Source: Candidatus Fermentimicrarchaeum limneticum (GTDB lineage Archaea > Micrarchaeota > Micrarchaeia > Burarchaeales > Fermentimicrarchaeaceae). Taken from it: DNA of 64,000 bases. The stretch spans positions 724,071-788,070 of the forward strand of contig CP058998.1 in assembly GCA_013426015.1 (NCBI GenBank). The letters are read 5' to 3'. The notes below the pieces were generated by a model. That model made no database searches. It was not told where the DNA came from and saw only the letters and a list, made by a program, of their open reading frames with translations. Shown one piece after another: positions 1 through 13,990 of the stretch. The position numbers and the translations under genes are program-made. Numbering within the stretch: position 1 is the stretch's first letter; each line of letters starts with the position of its first letter.

Positions 1-677
1 CAGGTGAAATAATCAAGATAGCGCATGAGCGCGGTTCGCTGGTGATGCTTGACGGCGCGCAGTCAGCCCCGCACAAGCAGGTGGATGTAAGGAAGCTGGA
101 TGCGGACTTCTTCGCGTTTTCTGGCCACAAGATGCTCGGCCCGTCAGGGACTGGCGCCTTGTACGCAAAGTACGATCTGCTCGAGAGGATGAACCCATTT
201 ATGGTTGGGGGGGACACCGTACAGAATTCTACATATGAGTCGCACGTCCTGCTGAAACCTCCCGAGAAGTTTGAGGCTGGGCTGCAGAATTACGCCGGTT
301 GCATAGGGTTCGGTGAGGCTGCACGCTACCTTGACAGGATTGGTAGGGATAGGGTTGAGAAGCATGAGATTGATCTGAACAAGGTTATAAGCGAAAGGCT
401 CCTCCAGATTAAAGGAATGAGCATAATCGGGCCGGAGCAGCCTAAGCTGAGGGGCGGGATTATATCGTTTAATATCAAGGGGCTGGACCACCATGATGTT
501 GCGATAATGCTTGATGAGAAGGACATTATGGTGCGCTCGGGCCAGCACTGCGTGCACTCCTGGTTCAACGCCCATAAGATGCCGGGGTGCGTGAGAGCAT
601 CTTTATATTTGTACAACACAAAAGAGGAAGCAGAGAAATTCGTGGATGCAGTTGCAGAAATTTCAAAGCTGAGGTGA
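1..677 (+). CDS. Cysteine desulfurase / class V aminotransferase (SufS/NifS-like), C-terminal part; 5' end lies outside the window
   Basis: Frame open from window edge (GEIIKIAHERGSLVMLDGAQ...); FSGHKMLGP PLP-lysine motif; C-terminal HCVHSWF... typical of SufS/NifS. Confidence 0.8.
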   Translation, partial: GEIIKIAHERGSLVMLDGAQSAPHKQVDVRKLDADFFAFSGHKMLGPSGTGALYAKYDLLERMNPFMVGGDTVQNSTYESHVLLKPPEKFEAGLQNYAGCIGFGEAARYLDRIGRDRVEKHEIDLNKVISERLLQIKGMSIIGPEQPKLRGGIISFNIKGLDHHDVAIMLDEKDIMVRSGQHCVHSWFNAHKMPGCVRASLYLYNTKEEAEKFVDAVAEISKLR

Positions 678-681
678 TCTG

Positions 682-1341
682 ATGATTTTATGTCTGGTTG
701 CATTGGTAGTTTTCGGTATTCTCGGGATATTCTCGGCAAAATACAGAGAGCTGGCAAAGGAGGCTTTCGGCTGCTTCTTCAAGACAATCCAACTGAAGCC
801 ATGCGACAGCAAGCTGGACCAAAGGATCAAATCCAAGCTTGTGGCGAAGATCATGAAATTCTCCCCGAGGTTGGCCAAGCTGACGTATAAGAATTTCACG
901 GTCTTCTCGTGGGTTTTCACAATAATATTCTTTGCAAGCATGGGTTACTCCGCATATTCTGTATACAATCTTGTCGTTTACGGGACATGCAACCCGGGAG
1001 GCTTCTGCATATTCAACCCCGGAGGGACGAATGCGACGCAAGACAATGTCTGCAACATAACCGGCAGGTTTGTTGAGTTCTATGGCGAGGGATGCCCGCA
1101 CTGCAACAAGATGGTTCCGATAGTCGCGCAGGTTGAGAATAATACCGGAGTGCAGTTTGAAAAAATGGAGATATGGTATAACGATACAAACAAGGCATTC
1201 TATAGGGATTATCAGGACTACATAACAAGGGACTGTGGATTTCTTGGCGTGCCGACTTTCCTAAGCTTGAAAACAAATAGGTCGATTTGCGGAGAGAAAA
1301 GCGCTGACGAGCTGGAGAGGTTCATCATTGAGAACGGCTAG
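682..1341 (+). CDS. Membrane-anchored thioredoxin-fold thiol:disulfide oxidoreductase (DsbA-like CPHC active site)
   Basis: Two hydrophobic N-terminal helices followed by EFYGEGCPHCNKMVP thioredoxin-like motif; ATG start. Confidence 0.6.
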   Translation: MILCLVALVVFGILGIFSAKYRELAKEAFGCFFKTIQLKPCDSKLDQRIKSKLVAKIMKFSPRLAKLTYKNFTVFSWVFTIIFFASMGYSAYSVYNLVVYGTCNPGGFCIFNPGGTNATQDNVCNITGRFVEFYGEGCPHCNKMVPIVAQVENNTGVQFEKMEIWYNDTNKAFYRDYQDYITRDCGFLGVPTFLSLKTNRSICGEKSADELERFIIENG

Positions 1342-1784
1342 GTTTCAACCTTTCTTGACATTATGTAGATGCTCTCGCCGCTTTCCCCCCGTTCCTTGCT
1401 GAAGACAAATCCCTGCGTCTCATACATTTTTATAGCCCGGATATTGCTCTGTTTTACTTCTAGGTACACTGAATTTTTGCCCTGCGTCCTTGCAAACTCC
1501 AGTGCCTTGTTGAGAAGAGCGCTGCCGATTCCTCGCCCTTGGAACTCGTCCTCAACAACAAGCCCCATCAGTTTTGCCCTCCCCTCCCGTAACAGTATAT
1601 CCACAAACCCCACCACCGAACCATCGACAGTTGCGACGAAGTAGTAGAAGCCCTTGGAAAGCCTACGCGTTATCCTAGAGGCAGTCATGTCCATTTGAGG
1701 AAAATGCCGGTTGGTCATCTCCGCAACTGCTTCGAAATCTTTTTGCTCAATTCTTCTGATTAAAGGTTGTTGAAACTCATCCAT
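1338..1784 (-). CDS. GNAT family N-acetyltransferase
   Basis: C-terminal 148 aa of ORF 1338..2006 has GNAT motifs (LVVEDEFQGRGIGSALL); start set at internal ATG (MDEFQQ) because the upstream extension overlaps the VIT gene. Confidence 0.7.
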   Translation of the reverse strand: MDEFQQPLIRRIEQKDFEAVAEMTNRHFPQMDMTASRITRRLSKGFYYFVATVDGSVVGFVDILLREGRAKLMGLVVEDEFQGRGIGSALLNKALEFARTQGKNSVYLEVKQSNIRAIKMYETQGFVFSKERGESGESIYIMSRKVET

Positions 1785-1848
1785 GGGAAGATGCCCCCAG
1801 CAATAATCTTTTAAGGATGTACTTAAAAAGAATGGTAGTGGTCTGAGT

Positions 1849-2409
1849 ATGGAAATAAGAGATCTATTCCAAGGAATAGCAATGGGTTTAATGGATGGTC
1901 TGATTACTCTGCTCGGCATTATCGTTGGGGTTGGAACGGCAACAAATGATTCGAGGGTAGTTATAATCTCAGGTCTGATTGGAGGGATTTCGAACAGTTT
2001 TGGCACTTCAATAGGCTTTTACACTTCAGAGAATGCGGAGAGGGGGCAGCAGATAGCATTCTACAAAAATAAAAAAGGCACCCGAAAGGAAGGGAGGTAC
2101 ATCCACTCACATTCCGAGATAATCGGCAGCACGCTTTTGAGTTTCAGTGCCGGCGTCTTGGCTCTGGTCTTCCCCATCGTTCCGTTCTTCTTATCCGCGG
2201 ATATAACAGTAAGCATGGTTGGTTCGTTGATTGTTTGCACCGCTCTGCTATTCCTGCTGGGGTATTACATCGGTAAGATTAACGAAAGCGATAGGCTGAG
2301 AAGCGGAGTTAAATATGTTTTTTTGGGGATTATGAGCGCAGCCGTTGCCTTTGTTTTAGGGGGGCTACTCAAGCACATAATTATCGGGGGCACATTGGAG
2401 ATTCTTTAG
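1849..2409 (+). CDS. VIT1/CCC1-family membrane protein (putative Fe/Mn transporter)
   Basis: 186 aa, Gly-rich TM helices (GLMDGLITLLGIIVGVG...), family resemblance. Confidence 0.6.
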   Translation: MEIRDLFQGIAMGLMDGLITLLGIIVGVGTATNDSRVVIISGLIGGISNSFGTSIGFYTSENAERGQQIAFYKNKKGTRKEGRYIHSHSEIIGSTLLSFSAGVLALVFPIVPFFLSADITVSMVGSLIVCTALLFLLGYYIGKINESDRLRSGVKYVFLGIMSAAVAFVLGGLLKHIIIGGTLEIL

Positions 2410-2503
2410 AAATACGCAGCTGGCCTTTCTAGAATTTCTGCAGGCGGGGATTCCACAAGCTGCTTAACAATAAGTTTTTAATACGTATGCATAAAACTAT
2501 TGC

Positions 2504-3058
2504 ATGGAAAATTTTGTACCGAAAAAAATGTTTTTGACCAAAGGCGTTGGGAAGGACAGGGATCCTTTGTCCTCTTTTGAGCGTGCTTTGAAGGATGCTG
2601 GAATTGAAAAATGCAATCTGGTCAATGTCTCGAGCATACTTCCTCCCGGCTGCGAGATATTACCGAGAGATAAGGGAACCGGACTGCTTAAGCCAGGTCA
2701 GATAACCTTTGTTGTGATGAGCAGGAACTCCTCAAATGAATCGAACAGGCTCATCGCATCATCAATAGGGGTTGCAATTCCGGCGGACAAGTCGATGTAC
2801 GGCTACCTGAGCGAGTACCATTGTTTTGGCGAGACGGATGAGGAGGCTGGGGAGATGGCTGAGGATTTGGCCGCGTGCATGCTTGCATCGACATTGGGCA
2901 TAGACTTTGACGTTAACCAGAGCTGGGATGAGAAGGAGCAGCTCTTCAAGCTCAGCGGAAAGATAGTCAAGACGAGGAATGTAGCCCAGTCGGCGATTGT
3001 GGACAAGGATGGGATGTGGATGACGGTCATTGCGGCTGCAGTTCTGCTTCTTGAGTAA
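2504..3058 (+). CDS. pdaD: Pyruvoyl-dependent arginine decarboxylase
   Basis: [12 protein letters not shown]...[11 protein letters not shown] signature of PdaD proenzyme; 184 aa. Confidence 0.85.
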   Translation: MENFVPKKMFLTKGVGKDRDPLSSFERALKDAGIEKCNLVNVSSILPPGCEILPRDKGTGLLKPGQITFVVMSRNSSNESNRLIASSIGVAIPADKSMYGYLSEYHCFGETDEEAGEMAEDLAACMLASTLGIDFDVNQSWDEKEQLFKLSGKIVKTRNVAQSAIVDKDGMWMTVIAAAVLLLE

Positions 3059-3061
3059 TAG

Positions 3062-4594
3062 TTATTTCCTGTTGAGGGAGGAGATTCCTATCATCTCTAT
3101 CGGGCAGAAGTCGTCCGTGAGAATTGGTTCTGACGACAGGTATACGGGCCTGTCGTAGTAGGATGAGGCGAAACTGATGGTTTCAGAATTGTTTGTCAAA
3201 TTACTTATCCTCTCCACGAATTTTTCTTTAGTTCCGTAGTCGACGTCTGTTGCAAGCAGCACAATGTTGGTAGACCTGCTGTAATTGCTGTCGTCAGATG
3301 GGAATACGTAGACGTTTTTGAACTGGCTTCTGTATGTACTGAATATGGCCTTGAACATCCCTGACCTGCTGCCCTCAAGGGCAGATCCGATATTCACAAA
3401 AACTATCCCTCCTGGATTCAGGTGCTTCCTCAATTCCTCAACAAACTCGTAAGTGGTGAGGTGGAAAGGAGGCAGAGGGATTATGTAAGCATCCACCACT
3501 ATATAGTCGTAAGTCTCCTTTGATTTTGAAAGGAAGAAACGCCCGTCGCCAGTCTCAACCCTCATCCTGGCATCCTCGGAGAAGTTGAAGAAATCTTTGG
3601 CAATCTGCACGACTGCGGGGTCTATCTCCACAATGGTTATATCCGCATCCGTTCTTTCATGCATGTTCCTGGGCATCGCCCCGCCTCCCAGCCCTATGAA
3701 CAGCGCTTTTCTGGCATCCGGCTTTAATAGGTATACCAATTCCTGGTATTGCGTATAGGTGGAAGTCAGATTAGTTGAATTCAAGAATATTTGAGTCTGA
3801 CCGCCCACCCCTGTTGAGAGAGTGCGCGTGCCATCTGCTCTGTCAATAACGCGCAGGTACTGGTAAGGCGAGTAGGTCTCGTATACAACTGCGTTTTTTG
3901 CAGATGATTTGAAGTTTGCCGGCTGAGGAACCGCGTAATTGAGGAGCAGGCAAGCCGCAACCAGCAATAACCCCTTTCTGCCGAGGAATAACGCTCCGTT
4001 TGCAGCCAGAACAATGCTAAGCGAGAATATTGCCGCTTTAACTCCCATGTTGGGTATTATCACGTAGCCTGTCAGCAACGTCCCGGCTATGCTGCCAACG
4101 GTTGACACCGCGTAGATATTGCCGGAAACCTCGCCCAGCCTGCTCAGCTTTTTCGAACTCCGCTTGACCAGGTATGGGGACACCATGGCTAGCAGTATGC
4201 TGGGAACCGAGAATAGGATTGCCGACGCAACAAAAGGACCGTACATTATGCCGAAGGAGGCCGAGAAGTTCAATACGTCGTAGGAGAACAGTGGGATGAG
4301 GGCTACTGAAACAGCTGAGAGGACGAAAATCCAGCCAATGTAGGTGTAACGCGGGTTCCTGTCAGCAATCCTGCCACCGAGGAAGTAGCCGAGGCTGAGG
4401 GAGATGAGCATCACGGACAGCACACCTATCCATGTGAAAATTGAGTTGGTGAGGAAAGGTTCGAGTATCCTTGTCGCGATTATCTCCAGCACCATGACCG
4501 CCGCACCGGCAACGAAGGCCGAGATGTAGTTTTCTAGAAGCGGAGAGTCTTCCCTTGCCATATAACTGACCTGGATATGTTTATCAGTATGCAT
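3062..4594 (-). CDS. Spermidine synthase-like aminopropyltransferase fused to an N-terminal multi-pass membrane domain
   Basis: N-terminal ~200 aa hydrophobic; C-terminal LFIGLGGGAMPRNM...IVEIDPAVV...YDYIVVDAY SAM/aminopropyltransferase motifs. Confidence 0.7.
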   Translation of the reverse strand: MHTDKHIQVSYMAREDSPLLENYISAFVAGAAVMVLEIIATRILEPFLTNSIFTWIGVLSVMLISLSLGYFLGGRIADRNPRYTYIGWIFVLSAVSVALIPLFSYDVLNFSASFGIMYGPFVASAILFSVPSILLAMVSPYLVKRSSKKLSRLGEVSGNIYAVSTVGSIAGTLLTGYVIIPNMGVKAAIFSLSIVLAANGALFLGRKGLLLVAACLLLNYAVPQPANFKSSAKNAVVYETYSPYQYLRVIDRADGTRTLSTGVGGQTQIFLNSTNLTSTYTQYQELVYLLKPDARKALFIGLGGGAMPRNMHERTDADITIVEIDPAVVQIAKDFFNFSEDARMRVETGDGRFFLSKSKETYDYIVVDAYIIPLPPFHLTTYEFVEELRKHLNPGGIVFVNIGSALEGSRSGMFKAIFSTYRSQFKNVYVFPSDDSNYSRSTNIVLLATDVDYGTKEKFVERISNLTNNSETISFASSYYDRPVYLSSEPILTDDFCPIEMIGISSLNRK

Positions 4595-4626
4595 CTGATT
4601 TAAAGGTTGCCATTCTGGGTGCGCGC

Positions 4627-6816
4627 CTAATCCATGAAGTCCTGCGGTGTGGGCGGCTCCTTCTTGTCCCCCTTCCTCTCCCTTATCTGCCCCACAATCT
4701 TGTCCTGCAGGTCCTTTGGAAGCCTCTCAAAACCAGCGTATTCGTAGTACCACAGCGCCCTGCCCTGCGTGGCTCCCCTTATGTCATCCGAGAAGCCGAA
4801 CATGTCCGCAACAGGGACCTTTGCGGTGAGCGTTACAATCTCCTCCTCCTGCTTTATGTCAAGAACCTGCCCTCTTCTAGCCTGAATCCTTGATATTATC
4901 GACCCCAGGTACTCCTGCGGAGCCTGCACAAGCAGCTTCTGCTTTGGCTCGAGCAGAACAGTTCCTGCAATGAGCATTGCAGCGTAGATAGGCCTCTTTA
5001 TCGCGGGTATTATCTGCGCAGGACCCCTGTGCACCGGGTCCTCATGGATCGTTGCATCAGTAATCTTCACCTTTACTCCGGTCACCTTCTCCTTTGCAAG
5101 CGGACCCAGATTGACAGCTTCCTCAAAACCCTGGATGAGCAACTCCATCACTTCATGCATGTACTGTATTCCCCTTGTCATGTCTATGAGAATGCACTTG
5201 TTGCACACATCCTTGACATTCTTCGCCTCATCTCTGTCCATGCCGCCTTCGATGAATACGTCAACAAGCTTCTTGCCCTTGGGCTTGCCATCGGGGATCT
5301 CCCCCTCAACCATCTTCTTGTATACACCTTCCTCAACTGGCTCGATGACAATCTTGAATTTGGTGTGCTTGTTGGGCGATTTTCCTTCGACGGGACCTAC
5401 TGAACCAGTTATTGTCTCCCTGTATACCACAATAGGCTTGGAAGTCTCTATCTCGATTTTGCCTTCCTTCAGAATCTTGTATTCGATTATCTCAAGATGC
5501 AGCTCTCCCATGCCTGAGATGAGATGCTCACCTGTCTCCTGGTTTATCTCCACTCTCATCGTCGGGTCCTCCTTTGCAAGCCTCCTGAGAACCTCGACAA
5601 GCTTCACCAGATCCTTAGTATTCTTACCCTCTATCGATTTTGTGACAACCGGCTCGGAATAGTGCTTAATCTGCTCGAACGGCTCTATCTTGTCTTCGCT
5701 TACCGTCTCCCCAACATACAAATCATGAAGCCCTACAATCGCGGCAATGTTTCCTGCCGGCACCTCCTCAACTATCACCCTGTCCGGCCCCATGTACACC
5801 CCGACCTGCTGAATTTTCTCCGTTTTGAGCGTCGAGGCGACTGTCACCTCAACCCCTTTCTTCACAGTTCCGGAGAAGAGCCTTCCAATGCCTACCTCTC
5901 CAGCATGCTCGTCCATGACGATCCCGAAAATAACCATGCACACCTTTGCCTTGGGGTCGCAGTTTATCATTCCCTTCCCAGTCGGGCTCTCAATATCACC
6001 CTTCCACAGAATTGGAACCCTGTATCTCTGCGCAACTGCAGGGTTTGGAAGATGACTCACAGCCATCTCGAGCAGAACCTCCTCAAGAGGCGCCTTCTCC
6101 ACGAGGGATTTGTGGTCCTCCACGCTGCAGTACTGGTATATATCCTTGAAAGTCATATTCGTCTTCTGTATGAACGGGAAGCTCAAACCCCACTTGTTGT
6201 AGGCAGAGCCGAAGGCTACATTGCCTTTCTCAACCTGTATCAGCCATTCCTCCTTGAACTCCTTGTAAGCATAACGGTGTATCAAATCATTTACAGACTT
6301 AATTATCTTCACCAGCCGCTCCTGCATGTCATCCGGCCCCAGCTTCAGCTCGTTTATCAGCCTGTCAATCTTGTTGATGAACAGGACGGGCTTCGCCTTC
6401 TCCTTCAGCGCCTGCCTAAGAACAGTTTCTGTCTGCGGCATCACTCCTTCAACCGAATCAATGACAAGCACAACTCCGTCAACCGCCCTCATTGCCCTTG
6501 TGACATGCCCTCCGAAGTCAATGTGTCCAGGAGTGTCTATCAGATTCACCAGGTAATCCTTCCCCCCATGGTGGAACCCGAGCGAAATGTCCGATGCCTT
6601 TATCGTCATGCTCCTCTGCTGCTCTATCTCCTCGCTGTCCATCACCTTCAGTTCGCCTGCGAGCTCCTTTGAGATCAAGCCCGCACCTGCAACCAATGTA
6701 TCCGTAAGAGTTGTCTTTCCATGGTCCACATGCGCGATTATCGCTATGTTCCTTATGTGCTCTGGCTGGTACATGAGCTTCTGCACTTCCGCAACGACAA
6801 ACTCCTTCTTAACCAT
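4627..6816 (-). CDS. fusA: Translation elongation factor 2 (aEF-2)
   Basis: AHVDHGKTTLTD G-domain; 729 aa; gene order EF-2/S7/S12. Confidence 0.95.
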   Translation of the reverse strand: MVKKEFVVAEVQKLMYQPEHIRNIAIIAHVDHGKTTLTDTLVAGAGLISKELAGELKVMDSEEIEQQRSMTIKASDISLGFHHGGKDYLVNLIDTPGHIDFGGHVTRAMRAVDGVVLVIDSVEGVMPQTETVLRQALKEKAKPVLFINKIDRLINELKLGPDDMQERLVKIIKSVNDLIHRYAYKEFKEEWLIQVEKGNVAFGSAYNKWGLSFPFIQKTNMTFKDIYQYCSVEDHKSLVEKAPLEEVLLEMAVSHLPNPAVAQRYRVPILWKGDIESPTGKGMINCDPKAKVCMVIFGIVMDEHAGEVGIGRLFSGTVKKGVEVTVASTLKTEKIQQVGVYMGPDRVIVEEVPAGNIAAIVGLHDLYVGETVSEDKIEPFEQIKHYSEPVVTKSIEGKNTKDLVKLVEVLRRLAKEDPTMRVEINQETGEHLISGMGELHLEIIEYKILKEGKIEIETSKPIVVYRETITGSVGPVEGKSPNKHTKFKIVIEPVEEGVYKKMVEGEIPDGKPKGKKLVDVFIEGGMDRDEAKNVKDVCNKCILIDMTRGIQYMHEVMELLIQGFEEAVNLGPLAKEKVTGVKVKITDATIHEDPVHRGPAQIIPAIKRPIYAAMLIAGTVLLEPKQKLLVQAPQEYLGSIISRIQARRGQVLDIKQEEEIVTLTAKVPVADMFGFSDDIRGATQGRALWYYEYAGFERLPKDLQDKIVGQIRERKGDKKEPPTPQDFMD

Positions 6817-6833
6817 CGAATCACCAAAAAGGA

Positions 6834-7436
6834 TTACCTCGCGCTTCTTGCCATTCTCTCCGTTTCATCCCTCTTCTTTATTGCGTAGCTGTTCGGGTCG
6901 TTCTTCGCGGCGAGCATAATCTCATCCGCCAAAGCCTGAGAAAGAGTCTTCTTCTTGTCAAACGCACCTATAATCGCAGCCAAGCCGATGTTCCTCAGCG
7001 CCATGTCCAGCCTCCTGCTGGCCGAGACGTCAACCGCAACCTGATAAGAAACTCCTCCATACTGAACCCGGGTTGTGTCCTCCCTGGGCGCAGTGTTCTG
7101 CAGCGCATCGACAAAAACCTGCAGCGGGTTCGCCTTCGTGCTCTTTGCTATTGAGTCAAAGGCTTCCTCCACAATCTTCATTGCCTTGAATTTCTTCCCC
7201 TGCAGCCTCCCGTGTGTTCTTATCACCTTGCCTGAGGTCTTCTCACCAGTCCCTCCTCTCATGAGCTTGTTCACAAGCCTCTCAACAATGTTCACTCTCA
7301 TCTTCTCAAACTGTTTTTTGCCGTGCCTTCCGTGTGAGTGCGGTATCGTGACAGGGCTGATGTCCAGATATTTCTTCAGGCTGGGGTCAGCTACTTGCAC
7401 TTCAGAGACATCATACCTGTCGAAAATCTTTTCCAT
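6834..7436 (-). CDS. rps7: 30S ribosomal protein S7
   Basis: Translation matches uS7; ATG at 7434-7436 (ORF track starts 3 nt upstream at TTG). Confidence 0.93.
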   Translation of the reverse strand: MEKIFDRYDVSEVQVADPSLKKYLDISPVTIPHSHGRHGKKQFEKMRVNIVERLVNKLMRGGTGEKTSGKVIRTHGRLQGKKFKAMKIVEEAFDSIAKSTKANPLQVFVDALQNTAPREDTTRVQYGGVSYQVAVDVSASRRLDMALRNIGLAAIIGAFDKKKTLSQALADEIMLAAKNDPNSYAIKKRDETERMARSAR

Positions 7437-7441
7437 CAAAA

Positions 7442-7870
7442 TTACCTCTTCGGCTTCTCCTTCTTGCCCACTCTAACATCCTCAAGCGGTACTCCGTTCA
7501 CTGCGACGACCTTGTGTCTAACCCCTGGGATTGAACCCATCTGCCCCCTCTGCGAGCCCCCCAGCCCCTCCACAGTTACCTCATCATGCTCGTCTATGAA
7601 GCTGATTGCACCGTCTTTCGGGGCGAATGCGGTTATAACAACGCCGTTCTTTATGAGCTGGACCCTGACGCACTTTATCAAACCTGAATGGGGTTGCTTC
7701 TGCTCCAATGCCTTCTTCTCAAGCACAATGCCCTTGCCCTGAGGTGCTCCTTCCAGAGGGTCGAACTTCTCCTTAAGCCTGAGTTTCTTCCTCTTCCATA
7801 GTTTCTTCAACCATCGCATCTTCTTTCTTCTCCTTTGCATATCCCTTCCGGCGAATTCTCCTCTTCCCAT
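7442..7870 (-). CDS. rps12: 30S ribosomal protein S12
   Basis: [16 protein letters not shown]...[19 protein letters not shown] uS12 signature. Confidence 0.95.
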   Translation of the reverse strand: MGRGEFAGRDMQRRRKKMRWLKKLWKRKKLRLKEKFDPLEGAPQGKGIVLEKKALEQKQPHSGLIKCVRVQLIKNGVVITAFAPKDGAISFIDEHDEVTVEGLGGSQRGQMGSIPGVRHKVVAVNGVPLEDVRVGKKEKPKR

Positions 7871-7878
7871 ACAAGCAC

Positions 7879-8295
7879 CTAGAACAATTTCACGTCCATT
7901 TCAAAATATCTCTGCATGAGCATCCTGGCCATCTTCACCCTGTCGCCGTTCCTGCCTATTGCCATACCTCGGTCACGTGGGTCAACGGTGACATAGATGA
8001 CCTTCCCTCCCGGATTCTCATCAATTTTGAGGTTCTTTATTTCGACAGCGGAGAATATATTCCTTACGAATCTCTCCGGGTCTTCTGCATGCTCCACTAC
8101 CTCAATCCTCCTTCTGAATGCGTCCTTCACGCGCATTATCGCGCTTCCTCCTTTCCCAATCGCCCTTCCCAGCTCCCCTTCGCTCACAACGAAAACCGCG
8201 CTGTCCTTGTCTATCACGCAGTCCCTCACTGACGCGCCAGTAAGCTGCTGGAAAAGCGAGATGCACTTTATCTCATCATTGGTCAGCTTCACCAA
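7879..8295 (-). CDS. nusA: Transcription termination/antitermination factor NusA (archaeal KH-domain type)
   Basis: Two KH motifs ([18 protein letters not shown]); non-ATG start (TTG/GTG) in ORF track. Confidence 0.85.
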   Translation of the reverse strand: MVKLTNDEIKCISLFQQLTGASVRDCVIDKDSAVFVVSEGELGRAIGKGGSAIMRVKDAFRRRIEVVEHAEDPERFVRNIFSAVEIKNLKIDENPGGKVIYVTVDPRDRGMAIGRNGDRVKMARMLMQRYFEMDVKLF

Positions 8296-8299
8296 GCAA

Positions 8300-8599
8300 T
8301 CACTTCACAAGCTCCAGCACGTTTGAGTTCCCTGGGTCGTGTATGTTCAACGCAGAAACGGGAAACGGCTTTCCGCACAAAGAGCCTAACTCCATCGATG
8401 TCCCATCGAACTCATACACAATCGTTTTTGACAGGTTAGAATAATATGCAATATCCTGTTTAAATTTCTTTGGGCAGTTCTTTGAAACAACTATCAGCCT
8501 CACCTCCCCGCTACGCGCGAGGCGAAGCGCGCTCTTCGCTCCGAACTCCACCTTGCCGGTGTCCACGGCCATTCTTATTGCTTTGCCAATATCCGCCAT
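8300..8599 (-). CDS. rpl30e: 50S ribosomal protein L30e
   Basis: 99 aa, L30e-like sequence, conserved position next to nusA. Confidence 0.9.
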   Translation of the reverse strand: MADIGKAIRMAVDTGKVEFGAKSALRLARSGEVRLIVVSKNCPKKFKQDIAYYSNLSKTIVYEFDGTSMELGSLCGKPFPVSALNIHDPGNSNVLELVK

Positions 8600-8603
8600 A
8601 ACA

Positions 8604-12158
<3,555 letters not shown>

Positions 12159-12162
<4 letters not shown>

Positions 12163-13985
12163 GCCTTGTCCTTCAGCATTATTCTCGGGAACACGCCGAT
12201 TGCCTTTATCTCATCCAGCAGAAGCTTGAATGCGTAGCTTATCTCAATATGGTACAATTCGTCGGCTTCTCCGCACAGCGGGCAGTAGCTCTTGTTTCTT
12301 ATGTGGTCTGTGACTGCAACAGAACCGCACTTGGAGCAGATCAGCTCAGTAGTTTTATCGGACTCCTCCAGCATCCTTTCCTTCAAAAGCATGCTTGCCC
12401 CGTGTCCTATCAGACAGTCCCTTTCCATCTCTCCGAACCTGAGGCCTCCTTCCCTTGCCCTGCCCTCGGTTGGCTGGTGAGTGAGCAGCTGCACAGGGCC
12501 CCTGCTTCTCACATGCATCTTGTTTGAAACCAGATGATGCAGCTTCTGGTAGTAAACAACGCCTACAAATATCTCTGCTTCTATCGCCTCACCGCTTATT
12601 CCATCATACAATCTTTCCTTGCCATCGCTCTTGAAGCCGTAGCTTTCAAGTATTTTGGAGAAGGTCTCCTCCTTGTCGCCGTTGAAAGCCGTTCCGTCCA
12701 TTATTTTTCCGTGCATGGAAGCTGCCTTGCCGCCCAGCATCTCAAGGATGTGGCCGGCAGTCATTCTTGATGGGATTGCATGCGGGTTGATTATCAGGTC
12801 AGGCACGACACCGTGCTCTGTGAAAGGCAAGTCCTCCTGGTTTGCCAGCAGGCCTATAACCCCCTTCTGCCCGTGCCTTGAGGCGAATTTGTCACCAGTC
12901 TCCGGTATCTTGACGCTCCTCACCTTCACTTTTACAAGCTTGTTTCCCGATGGGCTTTCTGTGAGAAGAACAGAGTCAACAAAACCCTCCTCCCCCTCCT
13001 TCAGAACGCTTGAGTTCTCCCTCTTCTTCTCCTCAGCAATTCCGAAGCCGCTTACCTCCTCAAGGAACCTCGGGGGGGACGTCTTTCCGACAAGCACGTC
13101 CTTTGCCTGCACCTCTGCCTCCGGGAATATTATCCCATCCTCACCGAGCTTGGCGTACATCGCTTCCTCCCTGTAGCCGGCAACTGTTGGCTGCGGGATT
13201 TCGAACTTGTCCTTCTGCCCTCCGGGGTATCTCCTTTCCTCTGTTTCATAGGTTTTGTAGAATACGGACCTTGCAAGGGCCCGGTCAATCGCATTCCTGT
13301 TTATGACAATCGCGTCTCCCATGTTGTATCCGTAATAAGTGGCAACCGCGACAACAAAGTTCTGACCGCAGGGCCTCTTTGAGAATTTCAGAGTCCTGTA
13401 AGGCCTTGTCTGCACAAGCGGAACCTGCGGGTAGTAGAGAAGATGGGCTCTGGAGTCCATCCTTATGTTGAAGTTGCTTGCGTAATGGCCAAGGGACTGC
13501 TTGCTCATGGCGCATGCCATCGTGATCCTTGGAGAGGAGTTGTACTCTGGGAATGGCAGCTGCGCCACAGTAACCCCCACTATTGAGACTGGATCGATCT
13601 CGAGGTGAGTGTGTTCGTCAGTCAGCTCCTCCTCCCTTGTGGCAACGAATGCGTTCTCCTCCTCCTCGGCATCCAGATATTCGATTATTCCATTTGTGAT
13701 GAGGTAATCCCAAGAAACCTCCTTCTTCCTCAGCTTCTCGCCTACTTCAGGTGCGAGCCTGCTCTTGCCCTTATCAACAACAATGTACGGTCTCCTTGCC
13801 CTTCCGCTATCCGTGTTTATGTAAAGCGATCTCTCCCTTGGGAAGTAAGCGAAGTTGGACTGTCTGCTTATTATGCCGCTCCTCCTCTTCTCCCGTAGAG
13901 ATGCGGTAAGTGCACTTCCGTCCTCGTGGAACCCCACGAGCCTTCCGTTCAGATACACTGCGGTCTTTTCCTTTGACTTCTCCAT
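12159..13985 (-). CDS. rpoB1: DNA-directed RNA polymerase subunit B' (C-terminal half of split RpoB)
   Basis: GDKFASRHGQKGVIG motif; start set at ATG 13985 (MEKSKEK), 5 nt downstream of rpoB'' stop. Confidence 0.93.
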
Positions 13986-13990
13986 AAGAA

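Noticed and set aside
1338-2006. Full 222-aa ORF as the GNAT gene
   Set aside because: The N-terminal 74 aa overlap the VIT-family gene on the other strand and lack GNAT features; the gene most likely starts at the internal ATG (1784).
5524-6672. 382-aa plus-strand ORF inside the EF-2 gene
   Set aside because: Antisense shadow ORF within a highly conserved gene; low-complexity translation with no motifs.
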